DNA from: Sedimenticola sp.
Lineage (GTDB): Bacteria > Pseudomonadota > Gammaproteobacteria > Chromatiales > Chromatiaceae
Assembly (NCBI GenBank): GCA_026994195.1
Contig: JALWRH010000030.1
Span: 20 to 64,019, forward strand
DNA length: 64,000 bases
Reading direction: 5' to 3'
The number at the start of each line of letters is the position of its first letter. Position 1 is the first letter of the stretch. This document shows, piece by piece, positions 32,179 to 40,238 of the stretch. Below the pieces are notes generated by a model. It ran no database searches and was not told the origin of the DNA. It was given only the letters and a program-made list of their open reading frames with translations. Both the position numbers and the translations under genes were made by a program.

Positions 32179-33542
32179 GTTTCATCCTCCCTGCACAGGG
32201 CCTGCACCACTTCTTCCATGGCCGCGGCCCGGGAACCTTTGACCAGTATGGTATCCACGCTATGAAGAATTCTTCCCAGTTGCGCCAGCAGTCTGGTCCG
32301 GCTGGGAAAATGCTGCCCTCCCTCGCCAAAGGCCCGGCTGCAATGGGCGCTGAGCTCGCCGCAGGTGAACAGAAACTCCAGGCCACTCTGCCTGGCCAGC
32401 TGCCCCAGTTCTTCATGCAGGGCCGCCGCCCCGGAACCCAGTTCTCCCAGGTCGCCCAGCACCAGCACCCGGCGCCCCGGCGCCTGGCTCAACAGCTCGA
32501 TGGCCATGCGCACAGAATCCGGATTGGCGTTGTAACTGTCGTCGATGACACGCACGCCCCCAAAACCCCTCCGGCTCTGCAGGCGTCCCTTTACGGGCTG
32601 CAGGCCGGCCAGGCCAGCCTCGATATCTTCCCGGGAAGCACCCAGCACCTGGGCGGCGGCAATGGCCGCCAGGGCATTCATGCGGTTGTGTTCCCCCGGC
32701 AACTGCAAATGGATATCCAGTTCGCCATCAGGCGTCTGCACGGAAAACCGGCTGTAGAAGCCTGCATCGTCCCAGATCAGCTGCACCCGGGACTCAGGAC
32801 TGCGGATATCCGCATCCGGCCCCAGGCCAAATCCCAGCCGGGCGTGATCCCCGGCCAGTTCCCGCCACAGGGGCGCAAAGGCATCATCGGCGTTGTATAC
32901 GAACACCCCATCCCTGGCGAGGCCGTTGAGAATCTCCGCCTTGGCCCGGGCCACGCCTTCAAGATCGCCGAAACCTTCCAGGTGGGCACGACCGGCATTG
33001 TTGAGAACCGCCACGTCCGGGCGGGCCATGCGGCTGAGGTAATCGATCTCGCCGGGATGATTGGCGCCCAGCTCCACCACAGCAAAGATCTCGTTCTGCA
33101 GGCGGCACAGGGTCAGAGGCAGCCCGATATCGTTGTTCAGATTCCCCAGGGTCGCCAGGGTGCTGCCCTTGCGCGCCAGGATGGCGGCCAGCATCTCTTT
33201 CACCGTGGTCTTGCCGTTGCTGCCGGTCACTGCCGCCAGTCTGGAACCCCAGCGCCGGCGCCAGGCGGAGGCCATACGGCCCAGGCCAATCCGGGTATCC
33301 GGCACTTTGAGTTGCGGCAGATCCCCGGCGCAGTTTTCGCTCACCATGACGGCAACCGCGCCCTGGCGGGCAGCGTCTTCGAGAAAATCATGACCATCGA
33401 AACGCGGTCCCTTCAGGGCCACGTAAAGATCCCCGGGGTGCAGGGAGCGGCTGTCGGTGCTCACCGAAGCAACACTCACATCCTTGCCCCGCACTTCACC
33501 CTGGGTGGCTTCAGCCAGTTCCGAAAGGCGGAATTCAATCAT
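32172..33542 (-). CDS. murF: UDP-N-acetylmuramoyl-tripeptide--D-alanyl-D-alanine ligase
   Basis: [14 protein letters not shown] motif; 456 aa. Located between murE and mraY. Confidence 0.96.
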   Translation of the reverse strand: MIEFRLSELAEATQGEVRGKDVSVASVSTDSRSLHPGDLYVALKGPRFDGHDFLEDAARQGAVAVMVSENCAGDLPQLKVPDTRIGLGRMASAWRRRWGSRLAAVTGSNGKTTVKEMLAAILARKGSTLATLGNLNNDIGLPLTLCRLQNEIFAVVELGANHPGEIDYLSRMARPDVAVLNNAGRAHLEGFGDLEGVARAKAEILNGLARDGVFVYNADDAFAPLWRELAGDHARLGFGLGPDADIRSPESRVQLIWDDAGFYSRFSVQTPDGELDIHLQLPGEHNRMNALAAIAAAQVLGASREDIEAGLAGLQPVKGRLQSRRGFGGVRVIDDSYNANPDSVRMAIELLSQAPGRRVLVLGDLGELGSGAAALHEELGQLARQSGLEFLFTCGELSAHCSRAFGEGGQHFPSRTRLLAQLGRILHSVDTILVKGSRAAAMEEVVQALCREDETC

Positions 33543-35062
33543 TCCCCGCCTCCCAGGTGACTGCGCACCTGCTCCAGATCGCTGAAGGGCAGGCGCAAAT
33601 CTCCTACTTGCTGGTAAGTCTCATGTCCCTTGCCCGCCACCAGAACGACATCGCCGGGACGGGCTTGCGCCAGAGCCTCGGCAATGGCCCTGGCCCTGTC
33701 CGGTTGCACCCGCACTTCCCCCGGCTGCTCCATGCCTTCGAGAATATCAGCGATGATGGCGGGAGAGGCCTCGTGACGGGGATTGTCATCGGTGACCACG
33801 ACCCTGTCAGCCATGGCCTCAGCCAGAGCACCCATCTGCGGACGTTTGCCCCGGTCACGGTCGCCGCCACAGCCGAACACACAAACGAGTTTTCCCCGGC
33901 AGTGGGCGCGCAGGGAAGAAAGCGCCTTGCCCAGGGCATCGGGTGTATGCGCATAGTCCACCACCACCAGCGGCTGGTCGCCTCCACCGAAAGTCTGCAT
34001 GCGCCCGGGTACGGTTTTCAGTTTTTCCAGGCGGGTCACGGCCTCTTCCATGGGCATCCCCCAGCCCAGCAGCACCCCCAGCACCAGCATCAGGTTGCTG
34101 GCATTGAAATCACCCACCAGGCGGCTTTCGATACGCGCCTGTCCCCAGGAAGAGGCAATCTCCAGGATCAGTCCCCGGGAACCCGGCTGAAGACTTTCCA
34201 AGCGCAGGAATTCGTCCGCCCCCAGGGTACGTCCCCCGCCATGACAGGCGATAGTGCGCACCTTTCCTTCAAGTTGCTCCAGCAACTCGGCGCCCACTTC
34301 ATCGTCCGTGTTGATCACCGCCAATTGCAGGCCGGGCGTTTGGAAAAGGCGCTGCTTGGCGGCGGCATAGGCCCGCATAGAGCCGTGATAATCCAGATGG
34401 TCGCGGCTCAGATTGGTGAATACGGCAGTATGGAAGGGCACAGCCGCCAGGCGGTGTTGATCCAGGGCATGGGATGATACTTCCATGGCCACCGCTCCCG
34501 CACCCTGTTCCCTGAGGCTGGCAAGAATACGCTGGGCTTCGACGGCATCCGGCGTGGTATGCGTGGCTGGCTGCAGGTCATGGGGAAAACCGTTTCCGGT
34601 GGTGCCGGTCACGGCGCAATGCCAGGACGGTGGTAATGCCTGTGCCAGGAACAGGCTGACACTGGTTTTTCCATTGGTGCCGGTTACACCCAGCATGCGC
34701 ATGTGCTGCGCGGGATTCCCATAGAAGCGCGATGCCAGGCCACTGGCCAGAGCGCCCAGGTTCTCCACCGGCAGAACCGGCACGGAAGCATCCAGATTCA
34801 AAATATCGGCTTCGGACAGTGCTGCAGAAATCTCGGCCAGCACCAGGCTTGCGCCCCGTTCCAGGGCCTGGGACAAATGTGTCAGACCATGTCCCTGGCT
34901 GCCCTGCAAAGCCATGAACAGCCAGTCCGGCTGCACCTTACGGCTGTCCAGGGCGAGTCCCATGAGTGGGCGGTTTTCCCATCCGCCGCGAGGCAGGGGC
35001 AGATCGGACAGCAGTTCTCCTGCCAGCCAGGCGGATTCAGGTTGTTGCGCTTTTGCCATCAA
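33539..35062 (-). CDS. murE: UDP-N-acetylmuramoyl-L-alanyl-D-glutamate--2,6-diaminopimelate ligase
   Basis: GVTGTNGKTSVS P-loop and the VVTDDNPR (DNPR) DAP-specificity motif. Confidence 0.96.
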   Translation of the reverse strand: MMAKAQQPESAWLAGELLSDLPLPRGGWENRPLMGLALDSRKVQPDWLFMALQGSQGHGLTHLSQALERGASLVLAEISAALSEADILNLDASVPVLPVENLGALASGLASRFYGNPAQHMRMLGVTGTNGKTSVSLFLAQALPPSWHCAVTGTTGNGFPHDLQPATHTTPDAVEAQRILASLREQGAGAVAMEVSSHALDQHRLAAVPFHTAVFTNLSRDHLDYHGSMRAYAAAKQRLFQTPGLQLAVINTDDEVGAELLEQLEGKVRTIACHGGGRTLGADEFLRLESLQPGSRGLILEIASSWGQARIESRLVGDFNASNLMLVLGVLLGWGMPMEEAVTRLEKLKTVPGRMQTFGGGDQPLVVVDYAHTPDALGKALSSLRAHCRGKLVCVFGCGGDRDRGKRPQMGALAEAMADRVVVTDDNPRHEASPAIIADILEGMEQPGEVRVQPDRARAIAEALAQARPGDVVLVAGKGHETYQQVGDLRLPFSDLEQVRSHLGGGE

Positions 35063-36822
35063 GGCCTGACCTCCCCACCTGCCAGGCGCACGGCCTGCTG
35101 TGGTGCCAGCTTGTCCGGCCGCACATTGAGGATGCGCAAGGCATCATCCATGACCGCAGAGAACACCGGCGCGGCCACCAGGCCGCCATAGTACTCCTTG
35201 CCGCGGGGCTCGTTGATCATGACCACCACGACCAGGCGCGGATCGCTGGCAGGCGCCATTCCGGCGAACAGCGACAGATATTTACGCTGGGAATATCCGC
35301 CCTTGCCCGCTTTCTTCACGGTGCCGGTCTTGCCCGCCACCCGGTAACCGGCGACCGCCGCCCTTGGCGCCGTACCGCCAGGAGTCACCACGGATTCCAT
35401 CATATGGCGCACCGCCCGCGCTGTTTTCTTGCTGAAAACCCGCTTGCCCTGAGGAGCCTGCTCACGGCGCAGCAGGGTAACCGGCAGCCGCACGCCGTCA
35501 TTGGCCAGGGTGGCATAAGCCTGGGCCAGTTGCAGCGCTGAAACCGATATGCCATAACCGAAAGAAAGGGTGGCCTGATCGATACGCGCCCAGTTGGCGG
35601 CGGGGCGCAGCTGACCTCCTGCCTCTCCCGGAAAACCTGTGTCAGTGCGCTGGCCGAAACCCAGGGCGGCCAGATAGTCGTGAAACTTGTCCCTGGGCAG
35701 GGACAGGGCGATTTTGCCCGCCCCTACATTGCTGGACTTTTTGATAATGGTCTCTATATCCACCTTGCCCAGGTCTTTGTGATCCTTCACCTGGTGCCGG
35801 CCAACCTTGAAGTAACCGGGACTGGTATCGATTTGCGAATTCTCGCGAATGATGCCCAGATCCAGGGCTGCAGCGATGGTCAGAGGCTTCATGGTGGAAC
35901 CCGGCTCAAACACATCCGTGACAGCACGGTTGCGCATACGCCCATCCACCCGGGTGCGCGTGGCATTGGGGTTGTAACCAGGCTGATTGGCCATGGCCAG
36001 CACCTCCCCGGTCTTTGCATCGAGCATAACCACGGAGCCGGAAAGGGCATTGTGGCGATTGATGGCAGCCTTGAGTTCCCGGTAGGCAATGTATTGCAGG
36101 CGCTGATCCAGACTCAGGGCGAGATTCTTGCCTGGCTGGGGCATGCGCAGGCTCTCTACATCCGCCACGACCTGACGCCGGCCATCACGCAACACCCGCA
36201 TCAGACCCGGCTTTCCCGCCAGCTGGTCATTGAACGCCAGTTCCAGTCCCTCCCGGCCAATATCGTCCACATCCGTAAAGCCGATGACATGGGCAAAGGT
36301 CTCGCCATCGGGATAGAAACGCCGGTATTCCCGTATGGACTGCAAACCGTGGATGCGGTGCTCCCGGGCCAGTTCCATAACTTGGCGGGCATCATCCGGC
36401 GGCATGCGCCGCTTGAGATAGACAAAATGCTTGTGGCTGTATCGCGCCAGTTTGCGCCGCAGGTCATCCAAGCCCAAGTCGAGCGCTTGGGCCAGAGGCG
36501 CCAGAGTGTTGGCATCCGGACGCAGCAGGCGGGGATTGGCGGCAATGGAATCGACGGGAGTGCTCATGGCCAGCACCACACCGTTGCGGTCAGTGATCGC
36601 CCCCCGGTGAGCAGGCACCTTGACCCGGTCCAGGTAGCGATGATTTCCTTCTGACTGCAGGAAATCCCGTTCGAAGATCTGCTGATCCACGGCACGCCAG
36701 ATCAAGGCGGACACAGCCACCATGAATAGGCTGAGCACCACACGCCGGCGGCCCACATAGGCCTTGGGCATGGCTTCCGCCTGCTTGTGCCTCTTTGCGC
36801 GTTTTTCCCGTCTAGCCGCCAT
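35059..36822 (-). CDS. ftsI: peptidoglycan D,D-transpeptidase FtsI (PBP3)
   Basis: N-terminal TM. Active-site motifs STMKP (SxxK), SSN and KTGT. 587 aa. Confidence 0.96.
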   Translation of the reverse strand: MAARREKRAKRHKQAEAMPKAYVGRRRVVLSLFMVAVSALIWRAVDQQIFERDFLQSEGNHRYLDRVKVPAHRGAITDRNGVVLAMSTPVDSIAANPRLLRPDANTLAPLAQALDLGLDDLRRKLARYSHKHFVYLKRRMPPDDARQVMELAREHRIHGLQSIREYRRFYPDGETFAHVIGFTDVDDIGREGLELAFNDQLAGKPGLMRVLRDGRRQVVADVESLRMPQPGKNLALSLDQRLQYIAYRELKAAINRHNALSGSVVMLDAKTGEVLAMANQPGYNPNATRTRVDGRMRNRAVTDVFEPGSTMKPLTIAAALDLGIIRENSQIDTSPGYFKVGRHQVKDHKDLGKVDIETIIKKSSNVGAGKIALSLPRDKFHDYLAALGFGQRTDTGFPGEAGGQLRPAANWARIDQATLSFGYGISVSALQLAQAYATLANDGVRLPVTLLRREQAPQGKRVFSKKTARAVRHMMESVVTPGGTAPRAAVAGYRVAGKTGTVKKAGKGGYSQRKYLSLFAGMAPASDPRLVVVVMINEPRGKEYYGGLVAAPVFSAVMDDALRILNVRPDKLAPQQAVRLAGGEVRP

Positions 36823-37096
36823 GTTGCTCCTTGATGATTACTATCTCGTCTGCCCTTGGCATCCGCATTTTCAACTGTTGCCGGGCGCTGGCTTCGATAT
36901 GGGCCGGCGTCCCCCAGGTTCCATGCTCCAGGAGCAACTGCTCCCATTCGATATCCACTTCATCGATCTGCCTGTCCAGCGCTTTCAAATCCCGGAACAA
37001 CACCCGGGAACGGTATTTGCTGTGTACCACCGCTATGGCCGATACCAGCACCGCCAGCGTCAATAGCGCCAGCATGACCCTGCGCGAAGTCTTCAT
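36812..37096 (-). CDS. ftsL: cell division protein FtsL
   Basis: 94 aa, single TM (MLALLTLAVLVSAIAVV) followed by a coiled coil. Lies between rsmH and ftsI. Confidence 0.9.
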   Translation of the reverse strand: MKTSRRVMLALLTLAVLVSAIAVVHSKYRSRVLFRDLKALDRQIDEVDIEWEQLLLEHGTWGTPAHIEASARQQLKMRMPRADEIVIIKEQHGG

Positions 37097-38031
37097 GCGC
37101 GCTTTTCAGCCACCCGCATAATGGCGCTGCGCGCCCTCGGGTTCTCCTCCAGCTCCTGTTTTCCTGCACGTACCGCCTTGCCCACTGTCTTCAGCACACC
37201 GGGCTTCAGATCCCGCTGCAACACCGGCACGCTCCGGGGCATGACATCACCGCGGGACTGCTCCCGCAGGAAACGCTTTACGATACGGTCTTCCAGGGAA
37301 TGAAAGCTGATCACCACCAGGCGTCCGCCCCCTGCCAGCACTTCCACGGCCTGACGCAGGCCATCGCGCAATTCATCCAGCTCCCGGTTGATATGGATGC
37401 GAATGGCCTGAAAACTGCGCGTGGCTGGATGTTTGTGCCGCTCCTTCACCGGACTGGCCCGTTGGATCAGGTTCGCCAGCTGCAAGGTGGTATTCAACGG
37501 CTCGGCGCCACGCTGTTCCACAATGGCCCGAGCAATACGCCGGGAAAAGCGCTCCTCGCCAAACTCCCACAACACCCGGGCAATTTCCTTTTCTTCCGCT
37601 GTCGCCAGCCATTGCGCTGCGCTCATGCCAGAACTCCTGTCCATGCGCATGTCCAGGGGACCGTCCTGCTGAAAGCTGAACCCCCGGTCGGGTTCATCCA
37701 GCTGCGGAGAGGAAACCCCCAGATCCAGTAAAACAGCCTGCACCTTTCCCACTACAGAAAATTCTTCCGCAATCTCTTTCAAACCGGCGAAGCTGCTGTG
37801 CCTCAGGTGCAAGCGCGCTTCCCCAGAAAACCTTTCCTTTCCATATTCAATAGCCGATTCATCCTTGTCCAACGCAATGAGGCAGCCCTGCTCGCCCAGG
37901 CGCTCCAGTATGGCGCCACTGTGCCCGCCACGGCCAAAAGTGCCATCCATGCAGCAACTGTCGGGCTGAATATTCATTGCATCTATGGCTTCCTCGAACA
38001 GTACCGGCCTGTGCAGATCCAAACCAGTCAT
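37093..38031 (-). CDS. rsmH: 16S rRNA (cytosine1402-N4)-methyltransferase
   Basis: DGTFGRGGHS motif; 312 aa. Located downstream of mraZ. Confidence 0.96.
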   Translation of the reverse strand: MTGLDLHRPVLFEEAIDAMNIQPDSCCMDGTFGRGGHSGAILERLGEQGCLIALDKDESAIEYGKERFSGEARLHLRHSSFAGLKEIAEEFSVVGKVQAVLLDLGVSSPQLDEPDRGFSFQQDGPLDMRMDRSSGMSAAQWLATAEEKEIARVLWEFGEERFSRRIARAIVEQRGAEPLNTTLQLANLIQRASPVKERHKHPATRSFQAIRIHINRELDELRDGLRQAVEVLAGGGRLVVISFHSLEDRIVKRFLREQSRGDVMPRSVPVLQRDLKPGVLKTVGKAVRAGKQELEENPRARSAIMRVAEKRA

Positions 38032-38493
38032 CTACAGGGCCAGATTCACCAGATCTTCCGACAGATCCGATTCATCTCCCGGCATCACCGTCTCCAGACA
38101 GTCATCGCGGGTGGCAATCCAGGCGGACTCTGCCCAGATCTCAAACTTGTTGCCCTGGCCAACCAGCGCCACCGGCTTTTCCATGCCGGCATATTCACGC
38201 AGACTGGCGCTGAGCAGGATGCGTCCCTGGCTGTCCAGCTCCAGTTCTGAGGCATGACCCAGCAACAGGCGCTTCAGGCTCTTGTTCTGCTTTTTCAGAT
38301 CAGGCAGGGAAATCACCTTGCGGGCAACTTCCTGCCATTCGTCACGGGGATACAGCCACAGGCAACGCTCGTAAGGATTCACCGTCACCACCACGCCGGC
38401 GCTCTCAGGGCCGACCAGCTCTTTCCGGTACCGGACCGGAACAGCCAGACGCCCCTTGGCATCCAGATTCAAGGTGTTGATCCCTACAAACAC
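38032..38493 (-). CDS. mraZ: transcriptional regulator MraZ
   Basis: Two SpoVT/AbrB-like repeats (NLDAKGRLAVP and ELDSQGRILL). GTG at 38493 gives the canonical (M)FVGINTLNLDAKGR N-terminus, with AAGGGG 5-6 nt upstream. The track ORF extends to 38583. Confidence 0.9.
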   Translation of the reverse strand: MFVGINTLNLDAKGRLAVPVRYRKELVGPESAGVVVTVNPYERCLWLYPRDEWQEVARKVISLPDLKKQNKSLKRLLLGHASELELDSQGRILLSASLREYAGMEKPVALVGQGNKFEIWAESAWIATRDDCLETVMPGDESDLSEDLVNLAL

Positions 38494-38495
38494 AA

Positions 38496-38524
38496 TTACC
38501 CCTTTTTCCCCACAATTCCCCACA
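38496..38524 (-). promoter_or_regulatory. putative MraZ operator: three direct repeats with 10-nt periodicity
   Basis: The minus strand reads TGTGGGGAAT TGTGGGGAAA AAGGGGTAAT. GTGGGGAA boxes lie at 38516-38523 and 38506-38513, with a degenerate third box at 38496-38503, between the predicted -10 and the mraZ start. E. coli MraZ binds GTGGG-type repeats at this spacing. Confidence 0.5.
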
Positions 38525-38533
38525 TTGATGTGA

Positions 38534-38562
38534 ATAATAGGCCCTACACCCCACGGGGTCAA
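38534..38562 (-). promoter_or_regulatory. sigma70-type dcw promoter (Pmra-like)
   Basis: Minus strand has TTGACC (38562-38557), a 17-nt spacer, then TATTAT (38539-38534), about 40 nt upstream of the mraZ start. Confidence 0.55.
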
Positions 38563-38728
38563 GGCAATACCAGGAAAAAACACTTAAATCTCAAGACCTT
38601 ACGAAGGATACCCTAAAACAGAAAAAAGGAATCGCAAACAGCAGCCTGCAGATGCAAGTTAAAGTGATTTATTAGGAATGAAGGATAAATGGGGATAAAA
38701 AATGTGCGCCGGGTAACACGCAGAAAGG

Positions 38729-39300
38729 AAAGGGGAAGACGGTCTGTAAGCCGGGTTCTGTCAGCAATCGAAATTGCCGTGATAGTCATTCATCTGGGAC
38801 GCCCGTCACCGGACGCCTCAAGCAACCTACCCGGAAGCAACTGCGGGCAGCAGCATAAGCTTCCCTATTTGGTCTTGCTCCAGCCGGGGTTTACCCTGCC
38901 ACTGCCGTTACCGGCAGCGCGGTGCGCTCTTACCGCACCTTTTCACCCTTACCTGCCAAGGGAAGCTCTGATTGATTCTGTACGAAGCAGATTATGCCTG
39001 AAATGTTCGAGAACAAGGCGGAGTTCGCAGCCAATAGCACACGCTATTGGCAAGAACTTCAAAGCTTGCCGCTCCCAGCTCACGCCCCTCACCTACATCC
39101 CTGTAGGCGACGCAGTTATCGGGCATTTCAGGTATGAGATGCGAGTTCACGAATCAATCAGAGCTTCCCAAGACAGGCGGTATATTTTCTGTGGCACTTT
39201 CCGTAGGCTCGCGCCTCCCAGGCGTTACCTGGCGACTTGCCCTGTGGAGCCCGGACTTTCCTCTGTTGCATGGCAACAGCGACTACCTGACCGTCTTCCC
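38729..39300 (-). ncRNA. rnpB: RNase P RNA, bacterial type A, with greatly expanded P12
   Basis: The minus strand carries GAGGAAAGTCCGGGCTCCACAGGGCA (P4 5' strand, plus 39241-39263), GGTAAGGGTGAAAAGGTGCGGTAAGAGCGCACC, CAAATAGGG, AGATGAATGACT and ACAGAACCCGGCTTA (P4 3' strand, plus 38747-38761). P1 pairs GGGAAGACGGTC (39300-39289) with GACCGTCTTCCC (38744-38733). Position between rsmI and mraZ matches Pseudomonas. Confidence 0.92.
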
Positions 39301-39306
39301 AAGGAG

Positions 39307-39335
39307 AACATAATGGCAACGAGAGGAAATTGCAA
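39307..39335 (-). promoter_or_regulatory. putative sigma70 promoter of rnpB
   Basis: Minus strand has TTGCAA (39335-39330), a 17-nt spacer, TATGTT (39312-39307), then 6 nt to the G at 39300 that begins P1. Confidence 0.45.
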
Positions 39336-39341
39336 GGCTGA

Positions 39342-40199
39342 TCAACGCCTTTCCAGCGCCAGTTTGTACAACCGGTTTTTCTTCTCGCCCGTAATATGCG
39401 CTGCCAGGGCCGCGGCCTGTTTCAGGGGCAACTCCTCCAGCAACAGATCCAGTATGCGCAGAGCCTCTTCATCCGGAAGATCCCTGTCCCGGCGGGGAGC
39501 CCCGGCAATGAGGATCACAAACTCTCCCCGCTGACGCTGGGTATCCTCTTCCACCATGGCCAACACCCCATCCAGGGAGCCTTGCATGATATCTTCATGT
39601 TGCTTGGTCAGCTCCCGGGCCACACAGATCTCCCGATCCCCGCCAAGCACCTCGCACATGTCCCGCAGGGCATGCAGGATACGATGGGAGGATTCATAGA
39701 ACACCTGTGTCGGGTATTCCCCGGCAAGAACCTCCAGACGCTCACGGCGGGCGCTGGAGCTGCGGGGCAGAAAGCCATGAAAACAGAAGCTGTCCACAGG
39801 CAGGCCGGAAACGCTGAGAGCCGCCACCAAGGCACTGGGGCCAGGAACCGGAGACACCCCAATGCCGGCTTCCCGGCAGGCGCGCACCAGGGGAAATCCC
39901 GGATCACTGACCAAAGGTGTGCCGGCATCAGAGATCAGGGCCAGGTCCTCCCCTTGTTGCAAGAGCTTCAGCAAGCCTTTGAGAGCCTGCCGCTCATTGT
40001 GCTCATGCAAAGCCAGCATGGGCGTATCGATGCCGTGATGCTGCAGCAGGCGGCGGCTGTGGCGGGTATCTTCCGCGGCAATGCGGGATACCGCCTTCAA
40101 CACCGCGATTGCGCGCAGGCTGATATCATCCAGATTCCCGATGGGGGTGGCAACTATATAAAGTGTGCCCGGCTTATTTGACACTTCGCCCTCCCGCAT
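39342..40199 (-). CDS. rsmI: 16S rRNA (cytidine1402-2'-O)-methyltransferase RsmI
   Basis: GTLYIVATPIGNLDDIS tetrapyrrole-methylase-like N-terminus. I prefer ATG 40199, because the track start at 40244 would overlap the divergent lpoA start. Confidence 0.9.
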   Translation of the reverse strand: MREGEVSNKPGTLYIVATPIGNLDDISLRAIAVLKAVSRIAAEDTRHSRRLLQHHGIDTPMLALHEHNERQALKGLLKLLQQGEDLALISDAGTPLVSDPGFPLVRACREAGIGVSPVPGPSALVAALSVSGLPVDSFCFHGFLPRSSSARRERLEVLAGEYPTQVFYESSHRILHALRDMCEVLGGDREICVARELTKQHEDIMQGSLDGVLAMVEEDTQRQRGEFVILIAGAPRRDRDLPDEEALRILDLLLEELPLKQAAALAAHITGEKKNRLYKLALERR

Positions 40200-40238
40200 C
40201 GGATACTCTGCTGCCTTGTAACTCGTGGCAAATGGACA

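Noticed and set aside
38689-39534. 281-aa plus-strand ORF covering the mraZ-rsmI intergenic region
   Set aside because: It runs antisense across the RNase P RNA gene, whose universal motifs are on the minus strand, and into the rsmI 3' end. It has Arg/Ser/Pro-rich low-complexity composition and no recognisable domain.
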